Assembly (NCBI RefSeq): GCF_963921235.1
Contig: NC_086108.1
Coordinates: forward strand, 27,034,001-27,098,000
Reading direction: 5' to 3'
DNA from: Mobula hypostoma
Taxonomy: Eukaryota
DNA length: 64,000 nt
Below the pieces are notes generated by a model. It was not told where the DNA came from and did no database searches. It saw only the letters and a list, made by a program, of their open reading frames with translations. Positions 50,451 through 61,465 of this stretch are shown here, one piece after another. Within the stretch, counting starts at the first letter, position 1, and each line of letters opens with the position of its first letter. The position numbers and the translations under genes are program-made.

Positions 50451-52447
50451 CAGGGGTCCCCGACATTTTTTGCACCGCGGACCGGTTTAATATTGACAGT
50501 AATCTTGCGGACTGGCCTACCGAGCAGTGGGGGGGTGGGGGTGGTGGCGGGGATGTTAATTAAGACCAGAATATAGGTGATAAGTCAACTATAGGTCACT
50601 TATCAGTGTATAATACACTCAATTTTGTTTCTAATAGGGTTTATCTAATGAATTTAATATTAAACACACAGCACATATTTTCCTCACATGAATATAGTGA
50701 TAAGTCAATTACGAGTCATAAGAGGGGGTTCCTTATGTCCAGTCTATTCAGCAATTTAGTTTTCGTTGCATTCACTGCAGAAAACTCTGCTTCGCAGAGA
50801 TATGATGTTGGAAAAGGAAGCAACATTTTCAGTGCTTTCGTGGCTATCTCAGGATATTCAGCCTTGACTTTGATGCGGAATGCCAGCAGAGATGTTATGT
50901 CAAACATACTTTTCAGCCCACCGTCATTTGCAAGCTCGAGAAGTTGAACTTTTTCCCGTGTTGACATGGATGATTCACCGGGGACATTCACAAATGGTTC
51001 ACGGACCCATTCCTTTGCACGTCTTGGGTCATTTGCAGTTGGGAAGTAACGCTCAAATTCTGTCGACAGCGAAGATAGGTGTTTGCGCACCAGCTGTGAG
51101 CTTCAGACTCTCCCAAATTCCCAGCTAATGTTGGGAGCATGTCAGATATGCCCCTGTCCACTTGCCATCCCCACAGTTCCAGTTTGGCTGTGAAAGCAGA
51201 CACTTTATCTGCCAACTTGAAGACAGTTGTCATTCTCCCCTGAAGTGACAAATTGAGTTCATTGAGCAGGTTGAAGATGTCACACAGATAAGCGAGTTTT
51301 GCTATCCACTCCTCGTCACTGAAGTGTGCTGCCAGTGGTGACTTTTTTCCTGAAAGAAATCTCTGTAGCTGCTCTCTTATCTCAAAAACCCTGGCCAGGG
51401 CTCTCCCCCTTGATAGCCACCTGACCTCAGTGTGTAAGAGACAACGTTTGTGCTCTGCATCCATTTCCTCGCAAAGCCGCTCAAACAGACGTGAGTTAAG
51501 GGCTTTTGCTTTGAAATGGTTGATAACTTCAACAAAGTCACTCAATACGCTGTTAAGATCAGGTGACATTTTTCGGCTAGCCGGCATTTCCCTGTGTGTG
51601 ACACAGTGTGTAGACTGGCAGTCAGGAGCAACCTCTTTGAGTCGGGTAGTGAAACCAAACTCATTAAGCCGTTCCAACAGCTGTGCTTTGATATCTTCCG
51701 CTATGTCATCGATTCTCCTTGAAACTGTGGTAGCTGAAAGAGAAACCTGTGCCATCTTGTTAGCTGCAGCTTCTCCCAACAGTTCACGGCACATGTCCTT
51801 GGCAGCAGACAGAATCAATTCTTCACCAACAGTGAAAGACTTCCTAGCCTCAGCAAAATGGCTAGCCACTAAGTACGACGCTCTCAGAGCAGCAGCATTT
51901 GTGGATGTGGTGACTCTCAGCACTTGCTTCTGTCTTGCTTGCTCACGTTTTTTCCGCTCAGAAAACTCAACGGGTTTGTCTTTAAGTGCAGGGTGCTTGG
52001 ACTCAAGGTTCCAATGCAGTTTTGAGGGCTTCATTGCCTCATTAGACAGCTTGTCTCCACATATCACACACAGGGGGCTTGGAGCGTGCGAGTCACCAGT
52101 CACAATAAAGCCATATTTTATGTATGACTCGTCGTATTTTCTGTTGAAGGAAACTTTCTTTTTTTTTGCAGTCTCGGCCTCAGCTGTCTCTGCGTTACCA
52201 TAATCGTTAGGCCTTTTATGTCCCATACCATCTCTTCCAAAGAAACTCTCGAGCGGCGTTTGTTTCTTTACTCATTGAGTAGTTGTAGGTTAATGACCGA
52301 CTGATGTCCTCGCGTGGGTAATGACCTAGCGTGCGTTCAAGTTCAACAGTGGGTGTGACATGGAACGAGAAAAGGTGCGGTTGACTCATATCATTTCCTC
52401 ACGGCCCGGTAGCACATGTTTTGCGGCCCGGTGGTTGAGGACCACTG
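50451..52447 (-). mobile_element. hAT DNA transposon (Buster/Charlie subfamily), internally deleted
   Basis: TIRs CAGGGGTCCCCGAC / (rc) CAGTGGTCCTCAAC; 8-bp TSD GCTTGTAT (50443-50450) / GCTTATAT (52448-52455). Confidence 0.92.
50716..52275 (-). pseudogene. Buster-type hAT transposase (ZBED5/SCAND3-like), frameshifted and internally deleted
   Basis: BED finger RKYDESYIKYGF...PLCVICGDKLSNEAMKPSKL; HCVTHRE; HTEVRWLSRG; C-terminal dimerisation domain LLPFPTSYLCEAEFS in another frame (50716..51090). Likely true ATG at 52273-52275, offset by a 1-nt indel. Confidence 0.9.
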
Positions 52448-52679
52448 GCTTATATAATACATTGTCAGTTAGATGGAAAAGTACATGAATGGCATACATT
52501 ATGGTGCTATCATGTCATAAGTAAAGTAAAAATGAAACTAAAACATGTTATCTCCAGCTCCCTTGTCGTTCTTACAATTAGTTTTATGTTTTGAAGTTGC
52601 AAAGCATAACAGCCACAGCCTTCATCCAAGCATGAACCAAAAAGTTATATTGCAGAGCTGACAGTGACTGCCCCAACAT

Positions 52680-53620
52680 CAAAACAGCATTTGAATAAGT
52701 GCGGTATCAAGGGCCTTAATAAAATTGGTCAATGGATATTAAACAAAAAACACTCCAATAGTTGGTCAAAACTTGTAGAAAGAATGATGGTTGTGGTCCT
52801 TGGAGGTCATTAATCCCAGAATGAGATCCAAGCATCAATGACTTTCTTTCCATGATGACTGCAGTATATTGGATTCTATTTCCAATTCCTCAGCAAATGA
52901 ACTGGTCGATACTTGCATGCAGGAAGATCTCAACAGCATTCAGTTATGGACTGATAAGGGATGAATAACCTAGACACCATAAAGAGTGCCAGACAATGCC
53001 CTTCACTAAAGAAAGGCTTTAACCACTCTCCTTTGATATAAAAAAACACAACAACAAGACGCCACTATTAATGCTCACATTGACCAGGAATTCAGCACAT
53101 AAAGCCTGTAATTACAGAATTATTTTGGCGGTTGGGTATCGTGTGGCAAGTTTCACATTACCTGAAGCCTTCCTAAATCTGTGAAAGAGAAAGCAAATCA
53201 ATGGTCTGTTAGAACATTCCTCATTTGCATAGACAAGTGAAGTTCCAACAACAATCCAGAAGCTCAATGTTATCTGAGACAAAGCAGCCCACCTTGTAAG
53301 TTCCTCCTCCATCACCCTAAACGTTCATTCCTTCAACTACCAGCACACTGCTTCTGCACTGGTGCCCCTCTATAAAAACCACTGCTCTTCTGAGAGTACT
53401 TCCTAAACTATGACCTCTACCACATTAAAGGATGTGGGCAGCAGACTCATTGGAACACCACCACCCGTATGTTCCCCTCAAAGTCACATGTGCTACATCT
53501 CCTGATGTACATCTGTAACTCCCTCCCCAATAGCCATGTAGGTGTACCTTGACCAGAAGGACCTTTGTGGTTCAAGAAGGCAGCTCACCATCGCTAAAGG
53601 ATAGACAATAAATCTGGCTT
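52680..53620 (+). mobile_element. Very old CR1/L2-type LINE remnant
   Basis: Degenerate RT-like blocks (GCAGCATTTGA...GTGCGGTATCAAGG; ATGGTTGTGGTCCTTGGAGGTCA) and the tail TTCAAGAAGGCAGCTCACCA...AATAAAT, also seen at about 24595. Confidence 0.45.
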
Positions 53621-53849
53621 TTCTATCAAATCAATATCCAAAAATATATATAACTGAGTATAGTATTTGCCTAAACTATTTCAAGTGAGGGCCAGTTCCA
53701 CACTGAATTTATTGTCATATGCACAAACATATGAATGCCAGGTGTAATGAAACACTTGCTTACGACAGTATCACAGGCACTTGGCATCATGGACAAAATA
53801 TTCACAAAGTAAACAAATAAAGCAAAAAAAATACAGTATTATACTAAAA

Positions 53850-54063
53850 TCTGCCGGCTGGTGGCGTAGTGGCATCAGTGCCGGACTTCGTAATGAAGGT
53901 TCCTGAGTTCGAATCCAGCCGGCTCCCTTGCACGCTTTCCATCCATGCTGGGTTGAGCATCGAGCTAGCAACTCGGCCTCGTAAAAATTAGAAAGCCTGC
54001 TAAAAAAAATGCCGTCATGATGGCTTCCCGATGACTCCACTCAGAGTTAAGAGCTCTCTCTTA
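53850..54063 (+). mobile_element. tRNA-derived SINE with RTE-like body
   Basis: A box TGGCGTAGTGG, B box GAGTTCGAATCC, then GCTAGCAACTCGGCCTCGTAAAAA. 10-bp TSD TATACTAAAA (53840-53849, 54064-54073). Confidence 0.8.
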
Positions 54064-54920
54064 TATACTAAAAAGAACACATTAGAACAAAAAAAAAATG
54101 GTCCATTGCAATGCAGAGTGGTCAAAGTGGTCGTAGTGTGATTATACTGAGATATTGGTGAGAGTTGGGCAGGTTGGTTCAAGAACTGAAAGGAAGGGAA
54201 GGAACTGTTTCTGAACCTGGTGGTATGGAGCTTCAGACTTCTGCACCACCTACTGCCCAGTGGTTGTGGCTAGAAAGTGGGAAGGCACAGATGGTTGGGG
54301 TCTTTAATGATGAATGCTGGTCTAATGACGAATTTTCTAGTACTTTCTGGACAATGATATCTCCCTTGATTTTCCTCTTGGATTATTTACTTCTGCGCCT
54401 TCCTGTTATATTGCAATTTAGTTGGCAATGTTATCTTTGATAGAACATTCTGTTATAATATTGTTTGTAACTTGCAAATCTCTTTCAAGTCTTTCTTTAT
54501 TTTCCTCATGGTTCATCATTTTTATAATAGTTTCACAAAGACTTGTAATGTCCTTTGAAGCGTTTTATTGCACAAGGAAACAGCATACTGAAAATAACCA
54601 TAGCTCTGTAAAATCAGGTTGCTGTGGGATGGGGGGGTTTGTTGGGAAACAAATAATGAATCAAACATTTAGGAACAAGTGAAGGACTTTCAGCCCCTCA
54701 AGCTTGTCTGGCCATTCAGTAAGATCATGGCTGACACATTACATCTTCAAATCACCGCAAACATCAGTTTACGTGGAAAAAAATACAAAACTAATGCCTT
54801 CACAAAAAATATGATTAAAATCATCTGTTACTCAACTGCAGCTAAAAGTTCAATTCTATGAGTTTTTTACTAAGAATGAAATATTTTTTAATAATAGGTA
54901 CAGACATGTATGTCGTTGAG

Positions 54921-55668
54921 ATCAGAATCAGGTTTATTATCACCGGCATGTGTCGTGAAATTTGTTAACTTAGCAGTAGCACTCAATGCAACATAATATA
55001 GAAGAAAAAAATAATAACTATATAGTAAATCAGTTACAGTATATGTATATTGATTAGAGTAAAAATCGTGCAGAAACAGAAATAATAGAAACTAAAAAAA
55101 TGAGATAGTGTTCATTTAGGATATGGATGGCAGAGGGGAAGAAGCTGTTCCTGAATCGCTGAGTGTGTGCTTTCAGGCTTCTACCTGAATGTCCTACCTG
55201 ATGGTAACAGTGAGAAAAGGGCATGCCCTGGGTGCTGGAGGTCCTTAATAATGGACACAGCCTTTCTGAGACACTGCTCCCTGAAGACGTCCTGGGTACT
55301 TTGTAGGCTAGTACCCAAGATGGAACTGACTAAATCTACAACCCTCTGCAGCTTGGTTCAGTCCTGTGGAGTAGCCCCAACCCCGTACCAGACAGTGATG
55401 CAACCTGTCAGAATGCCCTCCACAGTACATCTATAGAAGTCTTTGAGTGTATTTGTTGACATACTAAATCTCTACAAATTCCTAATGAACTATAGTCGCT
55501 GTCTTGCCTTCTTTATAACTGCATCGATATGTTGGAATCAGGTTAGATCCTCAGCGATCTTGACACCCAGGAACTTGACACTGCTCACTCTCTCCACCTC
55601 TGATCCCTCTATGAGGATTGGTATGTGTTCCTTCGTCTTATCCTTCCTGAAGTCCACAATCACCTCTT
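54921..55668 (-). mobile_element. Rex1/Babar LINE 3' fragment
   Basis: (ATCAGA)n tail; the minus strand matches the RT C-terminus of 59999-61504 (IVDFRK...VERVSSVKFLGVKI). Confidence 0.8.
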
Positions 55669-55789
55669 TCATCACATTTGCTGATGCACTCTGGAAAACA
55701 AAAAACGACACCAGTCAAAGCCGACGAGGAAGTGCTCAGGACACATTGATTTGTTGCTGTTCTTCCTTTCCGCACTTTGTGATGCATTC

Positions 55790-55960
55790 AGTGGGAAACT
55801 TGCTGTTTCTTTAGCATTTTAATTTTTTTTTACGAGGCAGAATTGCTAGCTCGGCGCTCAACCTAGCACAGATGGAAAGCGTGCAAGGAGTCGGCCGTGT
55901 TTGCATCCGGGGTCACTCACCTCGAGGTCCGGTGTGGTGCCACGACACCACCAGCCAGCC
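55790..55960 (-). mobile_element. Second copy of the 53850-54063 SINE family
   Basis: Reverse complement of the head and body (GGCTGGCTGGTGGTGTCGTGGC...CCTTGCACGCTTTCCATC...GCTAGCAATTCTGCCTCGTAAAAA). Confidence 0.7.
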
Positions 55961-56615
55961 AATGGTTTGTTAGTCATTAAATCTGCCAGTGTATTTAGTT
56001 CAGAGTACAAGATTCTTCGTGAAAATGGTAGGGGTTGGGTGTGGTGGAATGTGTCTGTAGTTGGTCATAGGAGGGACTCGTTTGGGGGTGGAGGTGATAT
56101 ATGTGGGTATGGTTGGGAGAGGGTTTTGCTGAAAGGAAATCTCTTCACCTAAATGTAATAGGACTCAGCTTTTGACATCTTCATTTTGACACCCACCCAG
56201 TAGCCTTCGTCATCCAGCATGTGTTTTTTTAAAGTTCCTCAGTTCTAGCAATAGAAACTATATCTGAAGGCTAGAAGGAGAATAGAAGGATGGCATGCTA
56301 AGCAAACAGCAGATTGTTGTGCTCTATTCTGGGCAATACCCAGCAGAATGAATGACTGGGTCTTATGACTTAATAATATTTTGCTGAGTTTTTTTGTTAG
56401 AACAGAAAGGGTTAAGATGAAAACCTCGGCAATATCCAAAACATGACGATTTTTTTTGATAAAAAGAAATTGATAGGTTATTTCCAGAGGCAGAATAATC
56501 AGTGAAAACAGATTTGGGTGATTGGATGAAGAACCAGAGGTAACTTTTTACCTAGCACACTGCGTTAATCTGAAATGCATTGCTGAAAGAGTGCTAGAAG
56601 CTGAGTAAATAGTAC

Positions 56616-56651
56616 AGTCGATGTTTCAGGCCGAGACCCTTCGTCAGGACT
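56616..56651 (-). ncRNA. Hammerhead motif, mutated (GAAAC-ATC)
   Basis: Core CTGACGA/GAAA intact, but the cleavage triplet is GTC>ATC, which breaks the stem III palindrome. Confidence 0.6.
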
Positions 56652-56888
56652 AACTGAAAGAAGAGCTAGAAAGAGATTTGAAAGTGGGAGGGGGAGGGGG
56701 AGATCCGAAATGATAGGAGAAGACAGGAGAGGGAGGGATGGAGCTAAGAGCTGGAAAGTTGATTGGCAAAAGGGATATGAGACTGGAGAAGGGAGAGGAT
56801 CATGGGACGGGAGGGCTAGGGAGAAAGAAAGGGGGAGGGGGGAAGCCCAGAGTATGGGCAAGGGGTATAGTGAGAGGGACAGAGGGAG

Positions 56889-56894
<6 letters not shown>

Positions 56895-56951
<57 letters not shown>
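56895..56951 (+). repeat. (GA)n microsatellite inside the PLE arm
   Basis: About 25 GA units. Confidence 0.9.
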
Positions 56952-56955
<4 letters not shown>

Positions 56956-57651
56956 TAAATAAATAAGGGATGGGGAAGGAAGGGGAGGTGGGCCATTAAC
57001 TGAAGTTAGAGAAGTCAATGTTCATGCCATCAGGTTGGAGGCTACCCGGATAGAATATAAGGTGTTGTTCCTCCAACCTGAGTGTGGCTTCATCTTGAGA
57101 GTAGAGGAGGCCGTGGATAGATATATCATAATGGGAATGGGATGTGGAATTAAAATGTGTGGCCATTCTGATGATCTCCCAGTGGCCACACATTTTAATT
57201 CCACATCCCATTCCCATTCTGATATGTCTAACAATGGCCTCCTCTACTCTCATGATGAAGCCACACTCAGGTTGGAGGAACAACACCTTATATTCTGTCT
57301 GAGTAGCCTCCAACCTGATGGCATGAACATTGACTTCTCAAACTTCCGCTAATGCCCCACCTCCCCCTCGTACCCCATCTGTTATTTATTTATATACACA
57401 CATTCTTTTTCTCTCTCTCCTTTTTCTCCCTCTGTCCCCCTCACTATACCCCTTGCCCATCCTCTGGGCTTTCCCCCCCTCCCCCTTTTCTTTCCCTCTA
57501 GGCCTCCTGTCCCATGATCCTCTCATCTCCCTTTTGCCAATCAACTTTCCAACTCTTGGCTCCATCCCTCCCTCTCCTGTCTTCTCCTATCATTTCGGAT
57601 CTCCCCCTCCCCCTCCCACTTTCAAATCTCTTACTAGCTCTTCTTTCAGTT

Positions 57652-57687
57652 AGTCCTGACGAAGGGTCTCGGCCCAAAACGTCAACT
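57652..57687 (+). ncRNA. Hammerhead motif, probably inactive (GAAA>AAAA)
   Basis: AGTC-CTGACGA-AGG gtctcgg CCC-AAAA-C-GTC-AACT; the catalytic G is lost. Confidence 0.5.
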
Positions 57688-58085
57688 GCACCGCTTCCTA
57701 GAGATGCTGCTGGGCTGCTGTGTTCACCAGCAACTTTTATGTGTGTTGCTTGAAATTCCAGCATCTGCAGATTTCCTCCTGTCTGAGCTGAGTAAATAGT
57801 TCACTTTGTAAGAAAATTTGGTAAATACCTGACAAATCTTAGCTTCAAGGCACTTGGAGCAAAACTTGGAGCTCACGTAGATGCAAAAGAAATCACACAG
57901 AACTGCAAACATTAGCTGCTGGGAATGAGCCCCATTCCTCAGTCTGCCTGCGGCCCTGAATCTCAGTCCACCGTGGAGTAGCTCCCAAGCTCAGTACCAC
58001 AGATACTGACTAATAGAATTGCTACGAAATCAAGTACACACCACTGTCAGTGTTAGTGTTGGGATGCTGAATGTAATTTCATAAT

Positions 58086-58640
58086 ATGTGCTCCAAATGG
58101 CGTGTGACTCTAACAACCTCTAACAACCAAGTCCAACTCTTGGCCTTCATGTGTGGCTTAGCTACTAGGCCTAGTGGAAATGTTTCTTCTGACAAGAGAA
58201 GGGGCAAAGGCGGACCACTGGCGCCTCAAAACAAGTTGCTTCGGGCAGGTGGAACTCATCAGCCTTGGACAGCAGCCCACCCAGGAGAAGGAAAACTCTG
58301 ACTTTAAACCTCCGCTGCCTTGTGGCCATACCCGCACATGGGAAAGGCTTCGGGAGTAAAACCCCGAGGAAGAAATCCGGAGCTGGCATCCCTAAAGCAG
58401 TTTGATATTGTTTACAGCTTCACTCTGGCAACCTCTGGGAGGATACTGGTGCCAAGCTGTATTGGCACTTGCCCTTCCCTTGGACTACATCAGTGGCGTG
58501 GAGAGGGGGAACCCGCTGCACGGGCAACAGCTGGTTCTTCAAATTTTCCCACCCAGGCTTGTGCACTGGAGAGCACACAGTCCACCAGAGGACCAAACCC
58601 ATGATCCTCTGGGATCAGTGGCTGCCTACTATGGTACCTC
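58086..58640 (+). mobile_element. RTE-derived non-autonomous element
   Basis: GGCAGCCCACCCAGGAGAAGGAAAACTCTGA-type RTE 5' UTR motif; blocks shared with 37845-38521. Confidence 0.55.
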
Positions 58641-58676
58641 AAGCTGACTTGTTGATTTGAAGTTACTGTAAAAATA

Positions 58677-59075
58677 CTTGGGTGGTGGGGTGGCGATAAG
58701 TCTCTACCAAAGTATGTGTAAGGTGATCCTTCCCTCCTCTAGCCTGCAGGTCACCCTTGAGCAAGGGGTAGCACCTGCTTAGCGACCACCCTCCCCCCCC
58801 CATCCCAATCAGGATCAATGAAGCCATGGCAGCAGGTGGTGGATACTCATATGTGCAGCTGGTACATGTCATAAGTCCGGGTGACAGCACCACTGACGAT
58901 AGGCAGACAATCTCTGGAGAGTATTGATAATGGTTGGGTTCACCCTTCTTGTAAAGACGCTGTCCAGAAGAAAGCAATGGCAAACCATTTCTGTAGAAAA
59001 ATTTGCCAAGAGCAGTCATGGTCGGGACCATGATCACCCATGTTATATGACATGGCACGTTATGATAATGATGAT
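58677..59075 (+). mobile_element. RTE-dependent non-autonomous element/SINE, (GAT)n tail
   Basis: Sibling of 4610-5030; GAAAGCAATGGCAAACCATTTCTGTA; ends ATGATAATGATGAT. Confidence 0.6.
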
Positions 59076-59804
59076 TATGTAGTCATTCTTATTGTTATTT
59101 TTGTGATAGCTTTCAAGCAATATATAATCAAGTTGGATTGAACACTTACGTTTAACAGGCCCAAAATATCACTCAAGTTATTTGTACTCCTTAATAATTA
59201 GCTTAAATGGTGCAGCGTTCCTTTACAGCTGTGTCTAATCCCTGGCGGAATAAGCTGTTTGAAGGTAATTGCTCTATAAAGACCATTGTCATAAGACAGC
59301 AGAGCTGTCAGAAGCAAAAGGATATTAACAAGAAACACAAATAGCCCCTTCAGTCTTTTCAGTGAATAACTGCCCTAGAATTAAGATCATACACATTTAA
59401 CAGTCTATGTGTATGGTAGTAACTTTGTTTAGGCATCATCTAGCTCTGGTCCGACATACCTAGGCTACGCTCACAACTTGATGATCAAGTCTGTTGTTGT
59501 TCTTCCGGACATTGAGGAGTTATTGCAAGTTCAATTAACTTGTTTTTCCAAAGCAAGTATGTTTTTTCTGAACAACTTAAGCTGCTTTCATTTGGCTATC
59601 AGATATGTAGAAATGAAACTCAGCAGAACCCATCCAGGTTAAGGAAGACTCTATTATTCCTTGTATTCCATTTTCAAGCTTTATGCTTATAATCAAACTA
59701 TTTTGGATCGAGCTGAGAAAGTGGCATATTCATAATTGACTCAATGTAGTGTTAACTTTCCAGGTGGAATTTGTTTGCACCCTATTAATATATCTGCAAA
59801 TTTT

Positions 59805-61465
59805 TAGATTAGATTAGATTAGATTCAACTTTATTGTCATTGTGCCGAGTACAGATACAAAACCAATGAAATGCAATTAGCATCTAACCAGAAATGCAAA
59901 GAATAGTGTTATTTACAAAATAACTGCAAATAAAAAGTAAGTACTGCAGCACACAAATATAAAAGTACTGAGAGAGTTCAATATTGGTGCAGTACTGCTT
60001 AGCGCTGTGATGTGAGGTTCAGCAGGGCCACAGCCTCAGGGAAGAAGCTCTTGCTGTGCCTGCTCCTGTAGCACCTACTGAATGGGAGGAGAGTAAAAAG
60101 CCTATGGTTAGGGTGAGATGCATCCTTGATAATGCTTTTCTCCCTGCCCAGGCAGCGTTTATGGTAGATGTTCTCAGTGGTGGGCAATTGGGTGCCGATA
60201 ATCTGCTGGGCAGTTTTCACCATACGCTGGAGTGCTTTGCGGTTCGATACGGGACAATTGCCATACCACACTGAGATGCAGTTGGTGAGTATGCTCTCAA
60301 TGGTACAGCGGTAAAAGTCCATCAGTATCCTGGGACAGAGGTGAGCTTTCTTGATGCTCCGCAGGAAATAAAGGCGCCGTTGAGCCTTTTTGATCAGGAT
60401 GGAGGAGATCAGGGACCAAGTGAGATCCTCGGAAATGTGGACACCGAGAAATTTGAAGCTTGATACACGCTCCACTACAGCTCTGTTGATGTAGATAGGG
60501 ACGTGAGTGTAGCTCCTAGCATGCCTGAAGTCCACAATGATCTCCTTGGTGTTAAGGGCCAGGTTGTTGTCAGCACACCATGGGGCCAGGTGCTGGACCT
60601 CGTCCCTGTAGACCATCTTGTCATCCCCTCTGACCAGGCCAACCACCGTGGTGTCGTCTGCGAACTTGATTACGGAGTTAGAACCATGTACAGGAACACA
60701 GTCATAGGTGAAAAGGGAGTACAGAAGAGGGCTCAGCACACAGCCTTGAAGCACACTGGTATTCAGGGTAACAGTGGAGGAGGAGAGGTTGTCTAACTTA
60801 GTCAGAAAGTCCAAGGTCCATTTGCAGAGGGATGAGCCGATACCAAGCTGGCGAAGTTTGACGATCAGCTTGGAGGGGATCACAGTATTGAATGCCGAAC
60901 TGAAGTCAATGAACAGCATTCTGACATAAGAGTCGGGGCTGTCCAGGTGGGTCAGGGCAGGGTGAAGTGCCGTGGAGATGGCGTCCTCTGTTGACCTGTT
61001 GGTGAGATAGGCAAGTTGATGGGGGTCCAGGGTAGTGGGCAGACAGGATTTCAGATGTAATAGAACCAATCTGTCAAAGCACTTTGCAATGATGGGGGTG
61101 AGTGCAACTGGGTGGAAGTCATGCAGGCCCATGGCAGTGGAATGCTTCGGCACTGGCATGATGGTGGCGATCTTGAAATTTGTGGGGACAACTGCCTGGG
61201 CCATGGACAAATTAAAAGTATCAGTGAGGACCCCGGCCAACTGCCCTGCACAGACTCTGAGCACACAGCCAGGTATTCCATCCGGACCAGCTGCCTTCCG
61301 TACATTCACCCTGCTCAGGGTGGCGCAAACATTGGAGGTGGAAAGTGAGAGAGACAGTTCACCAGGTGGGAGAGCCGCTTTGAGGGTGACCTCCTTGTTG
61401 TCTCGGTCAAAGCGAGCGTAGAAGTAATTGATCTCATCAGGGAGCGAAGCAATTGACCCTCTGTT
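59805..61465 (-). mobile_element. Rex1/Babar-clade LINE, 5'-truncated, (TCTAA)n tail
   Basis: (TTAGA)n at 59805-59825; RT ORF lacking APE. Confidence 0.9.
59999..61460 (-). CDS. Rex1/Babar reverse transcriptase (open about 480 aa, N-terminally truncated)
   Basis: KAAGPDGIPG, PVALTPIIAKCF, LFIDFSSAFNT, QGCVLSPLLYSLFT, KFADDTTVVGL, KKAQRRLYFLR, FYRCTIESILT. The predicted N-terminal 15 aa or so comes from flanking sequence. Confidence 0.88.

Larger units (their letters stand above)
45525..52611 (+). mobile_element. Decayed Gypsy LTR retrotransposon with both LTRs; hosts an L1 fragment, PLE palindrome #3 and a hAT transposon
   Basis: 5' LTR 45525-45762 (TGTTG...TAACA) followed by a PBS-like GTGGTGATGAGG. 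gag from 47189 (MAGYIGKVDAF; ERFRFHKWNQ). Protease IKMELDTG at about 48090. RT SPWAMPVV...VRICGDFKV (48396-48584). The 3' LTR starts at about 49415 and ends at 52611 after two insertions. Confidence 0.82.
56614..57785. mobile_element. Palindromic Penelope-like element insertion #4
   Basis: Arms about 56614-57165 and 57183-57785 with a spacer of about 18 nt. Perfect 15-bp TSD AGCTGAGTAAATAGT at 56599-56613 and 57786-57800. Confidence 0.92.

Noticed and set aside
51430..52203. 257-aa plus-strand ORF
   Set aside because: Antisense shadow of the hAT transposase.
45521..52616. TSD for the Gypsy element
   Set aside because: The flanks (CCTC / GCCA) do not match and the LTRs are diverged, so a single intact integration is not proven.
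53853..53925. tRNA gene
   Set aside because: A and B boxes are present, but the sequence continues into a SINE body with a TSD, and there is a second diverged copy at 55790-55960.
49450..56613. GTAAATAG shared by the TSDs of palindromes #3 and #4 as a target consensus
   Set aside because: The other three TSDs lack it; with five sites only AT-richness can be claimed.
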